A DNA stretch of 8,708 nt, taken from a virus. Lineage: Duplodnaviria; Heunggongvirae; Uroviricota; Caudoviricetes. The first letter of the stretch is position 1; the number at the start of each line of letters is the position of its first letter. The notes beneath the pieces are model-generated. The model had not been told where the DNA came from, searched no databases, and saw nothing but the letters and a program-made list of their open reading frames with translations. A program made the translations under genes and the position numbers. Where the stretch lies: IMG/VR virus record IMGVR_UViG_2703719347_000003; one strand, written 5' to 3'. This document shows positions 1 to 6,765 of the stretch, in pieces.

Positions 1-321
1 GATGAAACAATGGCAATTTACACAGGCGTAGCGCCAGAAGGCAAAACGCTGGGGGCTGATAAAAATGGTAATCCTGCATGGATTGATATCCCGCCACTCT
101 CCGCTGAACAACAGATTATTCAGGCTGAACAGAAAAGAACGGTATTGCGTTCAATGGCTGATAAGGAAATAGTCTGGAGACAGGATGCTTTTGATGCGGA
201 AATCGCGACGGCAGAAGAAACCGCCGCGTTGTCTGAATGGAAAAAATATCGGGTCTTACTGATGCGCGTTGATACATCAAATCCCGTCTGGCCTACGCCT
301 CCGGGGGAGCAGGCCAATTGA
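1..321 (+). CDS. Tail fibre assembly protein (chaperone), 5'-truncated by the window edge; copy in the currently expressed orientation
   Basis: Frame is open from nt 1 (gat gaa aca atg...), so the gene probably starts upstream. The C-terminus ...EWKKYRVLLMRVDTSNPVWPTPPGEQAN carries the conserved Tfa-family motif (RVD-TS-x-WP-x-PP). Stop TGA at 319-321. Confidence 0.75.
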   Translation, partial: DETMAIYTGVAPEGKTLGADKNGNPAWIDIPPLSAEQQIIQAEQKRTVLRSMADKEIVWRQDAFDAEIATAEETAALSEWKKYRVLLMRVDTSNPVWPTPPGEQAN

Positions 322-913
322 TATCCGGCGCGGTGCTGGTATCAGTTGCCGTCACCGCGTCAATGTAATCCAGCACGACGTTAAGCCGGGTGGTTTCTGT
401 CTGCGTCAGTTTTCGCCCGGCCTGCAATTTCAGTTGAATCAGATTAATGGAAGCCATTGCAGTATCAATCAGTGACTGTCGCTGTGTTTCTGCCGCGCCT
501 ACTGCGGCGCTATGCTGTGCCTCAGTATCTGTCACCCATTTCTCACCATCCCATTCATCGTATGGCGTTAACGGGGCGACAGTGGTTGTGTTTTCAGGGT
601 AATCCCCCGGAGTGGTGATTTCTGCTGCCTCACGGGTTTCTGTGTTATAGACTGTCTCACCCCGATGGTCCGGCACGTACTCCCACGCGGTCAGGTCGGC
701 TGTGCGGCAAATTGCATAACCAGCCCGCCTTTCCCCGGGGGCATCAGTGCATGAATGTGCAGGAAGGCCAACGCCCACAGCCAGATATTCGGTTGACGTG
801 CAAAGGTATTCCCGCGTCTTATTATCGTAGCTGTGGACAACAACCTCTCCTGCAACTGTTGCCAGCCGCGATTCATTCAGCACCGCTGTAGTCATGGTTT
901 TCTTGCTCATCAT
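293..913 (-). CDS. Tail fibre assembly protein, alternative copy (Tfa') inside the invertible segment
   Basis: 206-aa ORF whose C-terminus ...LDYIDAVTATDTSTAPDINWPAPPEA matches the Tfa-family C-terminal motif. Its ATG (913-911) overlaps the TGA stop (912-910) of the upstream tail-fibre segment as ATGA, implying translational coupling. Confidence 0.8.
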   Translation of the reverse strand: MMSKKTMTTAVLNESRLATVAGEVVVHSYDNKTREYLCTSTEYLAVGVGLPAHSCTDAPGERRAGYAICRTADLTAWEYVPDHRGETVYNTETREAAEITTPGDYPENTTTVAPLTPYDEWDGEKWVTDTEAQHSAAVGAAETQRQSLIDTAMASINLIQLKLQAGRKLTQTETTRLNVVLDYIDAVTATDTSTAPDINWPAPPEA

Positions 914-1425
914 GCAGCCCTTACGATGTAGTTAAATGCAATGTTACGTGGCCTTGCATAACCCAGATACTGAATCCCCCAGGCTCCCACTGGAACGGGG
1001 TTCCAGATATGTTCTGTAGGTATACTTTTCGCTCTGAGAATATCTGAATTGGTTTCAGTTTTATCCCATCCCAGCAGGGCAATGTCGTTTACCGAAAACT
1101 GCACCACGCTGTCGGGTGATATATTGGCTTCCTGAACCAGATAAGAGCCTTTTTGCCACGACAACAACGTCCGGCTACTGTCCACTCCGCGCCCGTCATC
1201 CCAGCCACGAATAAATTCACCACGTAAATCAGGCAATATATTTGTCGGGTAAGCCTTTGCCAGTTCCGGGTATTCTTCAGCAGAAAATGCCGCCCCGTTG
1301 CATTTCAGCCAGCCTGTTGGCAGTGTGGCTGAAGGCCACGGAACAGGCACACCAACGGGTAATGCAGAGCCTTCTCCCAAACCAACGTTTAAGAAAATGC
1401 AGAGATTACGGCTAACTGGCATCAT
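910..1425 (-). CDS. Alternative tail-fibre C-terminal (receptor-binding) segment, promoterless in this orientation; becomes the 3' end of the tail fibre gene after inversion
   Basis: 171-aa ORF followed by and coupled to its own Tfa'. The frame is open only up to a stop at 1437-1435, and the 5' end contains the crossover site, so the listed ATG is probably not a real start. This is typical of Sv'-type segments of Mu, P1 and e14. Confidence 0.7.
   Translation of the reverse strand: MMPVSRNLCIFLNVGLGEGSALPVGVPVPWPSATLPTGWLKCNGAAFSAEEYPELAKAYPTNILPDLRGEFIRGWDDGRGVDSSRTLLSWQKGSYLVQEANISPDSVVQFSVNDIALLGWDKTETNSDILRAKSIPTEHIWNPVPVGAWGIQYLGYARPRNIAFNYIVRAA
1372..1397. other. 26-bp crossover site for the DNA invertase (gix/hix/cix/pix-like): TTCTCCCAAACC-AA-CGTTTAAGAAAA
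   Basis: Imperfect palindrome of two 12-bp half-sites around a 2-bp AA core, with the AAACC/GGTTT-like inner arms recalled for Hin-family sites (hixL TTCTTGAAAACCAAGGTTTTTGATAA). It lies about 55 bp upstream of the invertase gene and inside the 5' end of the - strand tail-fibre segment, where it encodes IFLNVGLGE. Confidence 0.6.
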
Positions 1426-1452
1426 CTCCGGTTTTTATTCAGGGGATCCATC

Positions 1453-2046
1453 ATGCTTATTGGCTATGTCCGCGTATCAACAAATGACCAGAACACGGAA
1501 TTGCAGCGTAACGCGCTGGAGTGTGCAGGATGTGAGCTGATTTTTGAGGATAAAATCAGCGGCACGAAATCCGACCGACCGGGACTGAAAAAACTGCTCA
1601 GAACATTATCTGAGGGGGATGCACTGGTGGTCTGGAAGCTGGACAGGCTGGGGCGTAGTATGCGGCATCTGGTCATTCTGGTTGAGGAACTGCGCGAACG
1701 CGGCGTTAATTTTCGCAGCCTGACGGATGCTATTGATACCAGCACGCCGATGGGGCGTTTTTTCTTTCATGTGATGGGTGCCCTGGCTGAAATGGAGCGA
1801 GAACTCATTGTCGAGCGGACACGCGCCGGACTGGAAGCAGCCAGAGCCAAAGGTCGTATTGGTGGCAGACGACCGAAACTCACCGCGAGTGAGTGGGAAC
1901 AGGTCGGACGGTTGCTGGCTGCGGGGGAATCTCGTCAACGTGTGGCGCTGATTTTTGATATTGGCCTGTCCACGCTCTATAAAAAATTCCCCGTATCAAC
2001 GACAAAGAATAAATTGTGTCATCCCTTAGCCAACCGGGACAAATAG
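1453..2046 (+). CDS. Site-specific DNA invertase, serine recombinase of the Gin/Pin/Cin/Hin family
   Basis: 197-aa protein starting MLIGYVRVSTNDQ... with the catalytic-serine motif YVRVST, then ...VVWKLDRLGRS...GRFFFHVMGALAEMERELI...GRIGGRRPKLT and a C-terminal helix-turn-helix region. Near-collinear with Gin and Pin as I recall them. A purine-rich RBS-like stretch (AGGGGA, 1441-1446) precedes the ATG. Confidence 0.93.
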   Translation: MLIGYVRVSTNDQNTELQRNALECAGCELIFEDKISGTKSDRPGLKKLLRTLSEGDALVVWKLDRLGRSMRHLVILVEELRERGVNFRSLTDAIDTSTPMGRFFFHVMGALAEMERELIVERTRAGLEAARAKGRIGGRRPKLTASEWEQVGRLLAAGESRQRVALIFDIGLSTLYKKFPVSTTKNKLCHPLANRDK

Positions 2047-2105
2047 CCTGACATCTCCGGCACAACTGAAAATATCACTCACCCATTAACCACGGAGTTA
2101 AACGG

Positions 2106-3296
2106 ATGAGTGACTATCATCACGGCGTGCAGGTGCTGGAGATTAACGACGGCACCCGCGTCATTTCCACCGTATCCACTGCCATTGTCGGCATGGTCTG
2201 CACGGCCAGCGATGCGGATGCGGAAACCTTCCCCCTCAATAAACCGGTGCTGATTACCAATGTGCAGAGCGCGATTGCAAAGGCCGGTAAAAAAGGCACG
2301 CTGGCGGCGTCGTTACAGGCCATCGCCGACCAGTCAAAACCGGTCACCGTTGTCGTGCGTGTGGAAGACGGCACCGGTGACGACGAGGAAACGAAACTCG
2401 CGCAGACCGTTTCCAATATCATCGGCACCACCGACGAAAACGGTCAGTACACCGGACTGAAAGCCCTGCTGGCGGCAGAGTCGGTAACCGGTGTTAAACC
2501 GCGTATTCTCGGCGTGCCGGGACTGGACACCAAAGAGGTGGCTGTTGCACTGGCATCAGTCTGTCAGAAGCTGCGCGCTTTCGGGTATATCAGCGCATGG
2601 GGCTGTAAAACCATTTCCGAGGTGAAAGCCTACCGCCAGAATTTCAGCCAGCGTGAGCTGATGGTCATCTGGCCGGATTTCCTCGCATGGGATACGGTCA
2701 CCAGTACCACCGCCACCGCGTATGCCACCGCCCGTGCGCTGGGTCTGCGCGCTAAAATCGACCAGGAGCAGGGCTGGCATAAAACGCTGTCCAATGTCGG
2801 GGTGAACGGTGTTACCGGCATCAGCGCATCTGTATTCTGGGATTTGCAGGAGTCCGGCACCGATGCTGACCTGCTGAATGAGTCAGGCGTCACAACGCTG
2901 ATTCGCCGTGACGGTTTCCGCTTCTGGGGTAACCGTACCTGCTCTGATGACCCGCTGTTCCTCTTTGAAAACTACACCCGCACCGCGCAGGTGCTGGCCG
3001 ACACGATGGCTGAGGCGCACATGTGGGCGGTGGACAAGCCCATCACCGCAACGCTGATTCGCGACATCGTTGATGGCATCAATGCCAAATTCCGAGAGCT
3101 GAAAACAAACGGCTATATCGTGGATGGCACATGCTGGTTCAGCGAAGAATCCAACGATGCGGAAACCCTCAAGGCCGGAAAACTGTATATCGACTACGAC
3201 TATACACCGGTGCCTCCTCTCGAAAACCTGACCCTGCGCCAGCGTATTACCGATAAATACCTGGCAAATCTGGTCACCTCGGTTAACAGCAATTAA
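2106..3296 (+). CDS. FI: Contractile tail sheath protein (P2 gpFI family)
   Basis: 396-aa ORF beginning MSDYHHGVQVLEINDGTRVISTVSTAIVGMV, as in P2-type sheath proteins. GGAG RBS at 2094-2097. Followed 12 nt later by the tube gene. Confidence 0.92.
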   Translation: MSDYHHGVQVLEINDGTRVISTVSTAIVGMVCTASDADAETFPLNKPVLITNVQSAIAKAGKKGTLAASLQAIADQSKPVTVVVRVEDGTGDDEETKLAQTVSNIIGTTDENGQYTGLKALLAAESVTGVKPRILGVPGLDTKEVAVALASVCQKLRAFGYISAWGCKTISEVKAYRQNFSQRELMVIWPDFLAWDTVTSTTATAYATARALGLRAKIDQEQGWHKTLSNVGVNGVTGISASVFWDLQESGTDADLLNESGVTTLIRRDGFRFWGNRTCSDDPLFLFENYTRTAQVLADTMAEAHMWAVDKPITATLIRDIVDGINAKFRELKTNGYIVDGTCWFSEESNDAETLKAGKLYIDYDYTPVPPLENLTLRQRITDKYLANLVTSVNSN

Positions 3297-3308
3297 GGAG
3301 CCTGACCG

Positions 3309-3827
3309 ATGGCAATGCCGCGCAAACTCAAGTTAATGAACGTCTTTCTGAACGGCTACAGCTATCAGGGCGTTGCAAAGTCCGTCACGCTGCCAAAACT
3401 GACCCGTAAGCTCGAAAACTATCGCGGTGCGGGAATGAACGGCAGCGCACCGGTAGACCTCGGCCTTGATGACGATGCGCTGTCAATGGAGTGGTCGCTC
3501 GGGGGCTTCCCGGATTCGGTTATCTGGGAGCTTTACGCCGCAACCGGTGTGGATGCTGTGCCGATTCGTTTTGCAGGCTCTTACCAGCGTGACGATACCG
3601 GCGAAACGGTGGCCGTCGAGGTGGTCATGCGTGGACGTCAGAAAGAAATCGACACCGGCGAGGGTAAACAGGGAGAAGACACTGAGTCGAAAATCTCCGT
3701 GGTCTGCACCTATTTCCGGCTGACGATGGACGGTAAGGAGCTGGTCGAAATCGACACCATCAACATGATTGAGAAGGTGAACGGCGTCGACCGGCTGGAG
3801 CAACACCGCCGCAATATCGGCCTGTGA
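3309..3827 (+). CDS. FII: Tail tube protein (P2 gpFII family)
   Basis: 172-aa ORF directly downstream of the sheath gene. AAGGAG RBS at 3294-3299 overlaps the FI stop. Size and position match P2 FII. Confidence 0.9.
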   Translation: MAMPRKLKLMNVFLNGYSYQGVAKSVTLPKLTRKLENYRGAGMNGSAPVDLGLDDDALSMEWSLGGFPDSVIWELYAATGVDAVPIRFAGSYQRDDTGETVAVEVVMRGRQKEIDTGEGKQGEDTESKISVVCTYFRLTMDGKELVEIDTINMIEKVNGVDRLEQHRRNIGL

Positions 3828-3834
3828 TTTTCAT

Positions 3835-3855
3835 CCGGTCAGCCTGGCTGACCGG
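3835..3855 (+). other. Perfect RNA hairpin (9-bp stem CCGGTCAGC / GCTGACCGG, 3-nt loop CTG) in the FII-E intergenic region
   Basis: Read directly from the sequence, 8 nt after the FII stop and 29 nt before the E start. No U-tract follows, so it is not a canonical intrinsic terminator. Confidence 0.5.
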
Positions 3856-3883
3856 TTAACCCCGATTCATAAGTGAGAAAACC

Positions 3884-4159
3884 ATGAACAAAGAAAATGT
3901 GATTACCCTGGACAATCCGGTCAAACGTGGTGAGCAGGTTATCGAACAGGTCACGCTGATGAAACCCAGTGCCGGGACGCTGCGCGGTGTCAGTCTGGCA
4001 GCGGTCGCAAACTCCGAAGTCGATGCACTGATTAAGGTGTTGCCGCGCATGACGGCACCGATGCTGACCGAGCAGGAAGTCGCCGCACTGGAACTGCCTG
4101 ACCTTGTGGCGCTGGCCGGTAAGGTGGTCGGTTTTTTGTCGCCGAACTCGGTGCAGTGA
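3884..4159 (+). CDS. E: Tail assembly chaperone (P2 gpE family), zero-frame product
   Basis: 91-aa ORF between the tube and tape-measure genes, with the slippery heptamer T_TTT_TTG near its 3' end. Confidence 0.88.
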   Translation: MNKENVITLDNPVKRGEQVIEQVTLMKPSAGTLRGVSLAAVANSEVDALIKVLPRMTAPMLTEQEVAALELPDLVALAGKVVGFLSPNSVQ

Positions 4160-4311
4160 CGTTTCCGAAAAATCTCTCGGTCGATGACCTGATGGCGGAT
4201 GTGGCAGTGATATTTCACTGGCCGCCATCAGAACTGTATCCCATGAGCCTGACCGAACTCATCACATGGCGCGAAAAGGCGCTCCGGCGAAGCGGAAACA
4301 CGAATGAGTAA
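3884..4311 (+). CDS. E+E': Tail assembly chaperone E+E', made by programmed -1 ribosomal frameshift at 4132-4138
   Basis: After a -1 shift at T_TTT_TTG the -1 frame stays open to TAA at 4309-4311, giving 142 aa by my count (84 aa from E, then 58 aa ...FVAELGAVTFPKNLSVDDLMADV...WREKALRRSGNTNE). The stop overlaps the T start codon at 4304. Confidence 0.75.
4132..4138 (+). other. Slippery heptanucleotide T_TTT_TTG for the E/E+E' -1 frameshift
   Basis: A classic X_XXY_YYZ motif in the E zero frame (GGT TTT TTG), placed so that the -1 frame yields a long extension. Confidence 0.7.
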
Positions 4312-6751
4312 CAATGTAAAATTACAGGTATTGCTCAGGGCTGTTGACCAGGCATCCCGTCCGTTTAAATCCATCCGCACAGCGAGCAAATCGCTGTCGG
4401 GGGATATCCGGGAAACACAAAAATCACTGCGCGAGCTGAACGGTCAGGCATCCCGTATTGAGGGATTTCGCAAGACCAGTGCACAGCTCGCCGTGACTGG
4501 TCATGCACTTGAAAAGGCACGGCAGGAGGCCGAAGCCCTTGCCACACAGTTTAAAAACACCGAACGTCCGACACGTGCTCAGGCGAAAGTGCTGGAATCC
4601 GCGAAGCGTGCGGCGGAGGACTTACAGGCGAAATATAACCGCCTGACGGATTCCGTTAAACGCCAGCAGCGGGAACTGGCCGCTGTGGGAATTAATACCC
4701 GCAATCTTGCACATGATGAGCAGGGACTGAAAAACCGTATCAGTGAAACCACCGCACAGCTTAACCGTCAGCGTGATGCGCTGGCGCGTGTCAGTGCGCA
4801 ACAGGCAAAACTTAACGCAGTCAAACAGCGTTATCAGGCCGGAAAGGAACTGGCCGGAAATATAGCCTCAGTGGGCGCTGCCGGTGTGGGGATTGCGGCG
4901 GCGGGAACGATGGCCGGAGTTAAGCTGCTGATGCCCGGTTATGAGTTTGAGCAGAAAAACTCAGAATTGCAGGCCGTGCTCGGAGTGGCAAAAGACTCCG
5001 CCGAAATGACCGCACTCCGCAAGCAGGCGCGCCAGCTTGGCGACAACACCGCCGCCTCGGCGGATGATGCAGCCGGTGCGCAGATTATCATTGCGAAAGC
5101 CGGCGGGGATGTTGATGCCATTCAGGCGGCAACGCCGGTCACGCTGAATATGGCGCTGGCGAACCGTCGCACGATGGAAGAAAACGCCGCCCTGTTGATG
5201 GGGATGAAATCCGCCTTTCAGCTTTCAAACGATAAGGTCGCTCATATCGGGGATGTTCTCTCCATGACGATGAACAAAACCGCCGCCGATTTTGACGGCA
5301 TGAGCGATGCGCTGACCTATGCCGCACCTGTGGCAAAAAATGCCGGTGTCAGCATTGAAGAAACCGCCGCAATGGTCGGGGCACTGCATGATGCAAAAAT
5401 TACCGGTTCAATGGCGGGGACGGGAAGCCGTGCCGTGTTAAGCCGCCTGCAGGCACCGACGGGAAAAGCATGGGATGCACTGAAAGAGCTTGGTGTGAAA
5501 ACCTCAGACAGCAAGGGAAACACCCGACCAGTATTTACCATTCTGAAAGAAATGCAGGCCAGTTTTGAGAAAAACCGGCTCGGTACTGCCCAGCAGGCTG
5601 AATACATGAAAACTATTTTCGGGGAGGAGGCCAGCTCAGCCGCCGCCGTGCTGATGACTGCCGCCTCAACCGGAAAGCTGGACAAACTGACCGCTGCGTT
5701 TAAAGCCTCAGACGGGAAGACCGCCGAGCTGGTAAATATCATGCAGGACAACCTCGGCGGTGACTTTAAGGAGTTTCAGTCTGCTTATGAGGCGGTGGGG
5801 ACTGACCTGTTTGACCAGCAGGAAGGCGCACTGCGTAATCTCACGCAGACGGCCACAAAGTATGTGTTAAAACTCGACGGCTGGATCAAGAAAAACAAAT
5901 CACTGGCGTCAACCATCGGCCTCATTGTCGGTGGCGCACTGGCGCTTACTGGCATCATCGGTGCCATTGGTCTTGTCGCCTGGCCGGTTATCACCGGCAT
6001 CAATGCCATCATCGCGGCAGCAGGCGCAATGGGGGCAGTCTTCACGACGGTTGGCAGTGCTGTTATGACCGCCATCGGGGCTATTAGCTGGCCGGTTGTG
6101 GCCGTGGTGGCCGCAATTGTCGCCGGGGCGTTGCTTATCCGTAAATACTGGGAGCCTGTCAGCGCATTCTTTGGCGGTGTGGTTGAAGGGCTGAAAGTGG
6201 CATTTGCGCCGGTGGGGGAACTGTTCACGCCACTTAAGCCGGTGTTTGACTGGCTGGGTGAAAAGTTACAGGCCGCGTGGCAGTGGTTTAAAAACCTGAT
6301 TGCCCCGGTCAAAGCCACTCAGGACACCCTGAACCGTTGCCGTGACACGGGGGTCATGTTCGGGCAGGCACTGGCTGACGCGCTGATGCTGCCGCTTAAT
6401 GCGTTCAACAAACTGCGCAGTGGTATTGACTGGGTACTGGAAAAACTCGGTGTTATCAACAAAGAGTCAGACACACTTGACCAGACCGCCGCCAGAACTC
6501 AAGCCGCCACGTATGGCCGCGGTGGTTATATTCCGGCGACCAGCTCTTATGCAGGTTATCAGGCTTATCAGCCGGTCACGGCACCGGCTGGCCGCTCTTA
6601 TGTAGACCAGAGTAAAAACGAATATCACATCAGCCTGACGGGTGGTACTGCGCCGGGGACACAGCTCGACCGCCAGTTACAGGATGCGCTCGAAAAATAC
6701 GAGCGGGATAAACGTGCGCGCGCCCGTGCCAGCATGATGCATGACGGTTAA
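4304..6751 (+). CDS. T: Tail tape measure protein (P2 gpT family)
   Basis: 815-aa ORF immediately after the frameshifted chaperone pair. The N-terminal third is coiled-coil-like (Q/A/R/K/E-rich); a long Gly/Ala-rich hydrophobic stretch lies at about nt 5900-6140. Confidence 0.92.
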   Translation: MSNNVKLQVLLRAVDQASRPFKSIRTASKSLSGDIRETQKSLRELNGQASRIEGFRKTSAQLAVTGHALEKARQEAEALATQFKNTERPTRAQAKVLESAKRAAEDLQAKYNRLTDSVKRQQRELAAVGINTRNLAHDEQGLKNRISETTAQLNRQRDALARVSAQQAKLNAVKQRYQAGKELAGNIASVGAAGVGIAAAGTMAGVKLLMPGYEFEQKNSELQAVLGVAKDSAEMTALRKQARQLGDNTAASADDAAGAQIIIAKAGGDVDAIQAATPVTLNMALANRRTMEENAALLMGMKSAFQLSNDKVAHIGDVLSMTMNKTAADFDGMSDALTYAAPVAKNAGVSIEETAAMVGALHDAKITGSMAGTGSRAVLSRLQAPTGKAWDALKELGVKTSDSKGNTRPVFTILKEMQASFEKNRLGTAQQAEYMKTIFGEEASSAAAVLMTAASTGKLDKLTAAFKASDGKTAELVNIMQDNLGGDFKEFQSAYEAVGTDLFDQQEGALRNLTQTATKYVLKLDGWIKKNKSLASTIGLIVGGALALTGIIGAIGLVAWPVITGINAIIAAAGAMGAVFTTVGSAVMTAIGAISWPVVAVVAAIVAGALLIRKYWEPVSAFFGGVVEGLKVAFAPVGELFTPLKPVFDWLGEKLQAAWQWFKNLIAPVKATQDTLNRCRDTGVMFGQALADALMLPLNAFNKLRSGIDWVLEKLGVINKESDTLDQTAARTQAATYGRGGYIPATSSYAGYQAYQPVTAPAGRSYVDQSKNEYHISLTGGTAPGTQLDRQLQDALEKYERDKRARARASMMHDG

Positions 6752-6765
6752 GGAGGTGACGAAAA

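Larger units (their letters stand above)
1..1385. other. Right-hand part of an invertible tail-fibre segment (Mu G-segment-like); left boundary and partner crossover site lie upstream of the window
   Basis: Two tail fibre assembly genes in opposite orientation with a promoterless tail-fibre C-terminal segment on the - strand, ending at a crossover-site core (1384-1385) next to an invertase gene. This mirrors the Sv-U / U'-Sv'-gix-gin layout of Mu. Confidence 0.55.

Noticed and set aside
120-876. Small ORFs 120-317 (-), 269-475 (+) and 691-876 (-) within the tail fibre assembly genes
   Set aside because: Out-of-frame overlaps of the two Tfa genes with no recognisable features; the in-frame Tfa models explain the region.
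1416-1441. Alternative crossover-site candidate CTGGCATCATCT-CC-GGTTTTTATTCA
   Set aside because: Only the right half resembles a Hin-family half-site and the left half shows no dyad symmetry. The 1372-1397 sequence is a far better match and sits sensibly in the tail-fibre reading frame. It might still be a remnant or an invertase or Fis binding element.
1298-1938. ORFs 1298-1540 (+), 1464-1745 (-) and 1606-1938 (-) around the invertase
   Set aside because: They overlap the crossover site and the highly recognisable invertase gene in other frames or on the other strand; no support.
2120-2893. ORFs overlapping the sheath gene (2120-2431 on -, 2260-2460 on +, 2556-2780 on -, 2630-2893 on -)
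   Set aside because: Embedded in the well-supported FI gene, with Arg/Ser/Pro-rich translations and no independent start signals.
3835-3855. Reading the FII-E hairpin as a Rho-independent terminator
   Set aside because: The stem is followed by TTAACCCCGATTC, not a U-tract, and the downstream genes E, T, U and D must be co-transcribed. A stabiliser or attenuator role is more plausible.
3466-4228. ORFs overlapping FII and E (3466-3723 on +, 3483-3806 on -, 3839-4228 on -, 3856-4218 on -)
   Set aside because: They overlap the tube and chaperone genes and the E' extension. Their composition is Arg/His/Cys-rich in a way typical of antisense frames, and the compact operon leaves no room for them.
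4365-6318. Several antisense ORFs inside the tape measure gene (4365-4547, 4939-5121, 5139-5336, 5317-5751, 5785-6318, all on -), plus the out-of-frame + strand ORF 6399-6605
   Set aside because: They lie wholly within the strongly supported 815-aa T gene, have no convincing RBS, and give low-complexity Ala/Ser/Pro-rich translations typical of frame shadows of GC-rich coding DNA.
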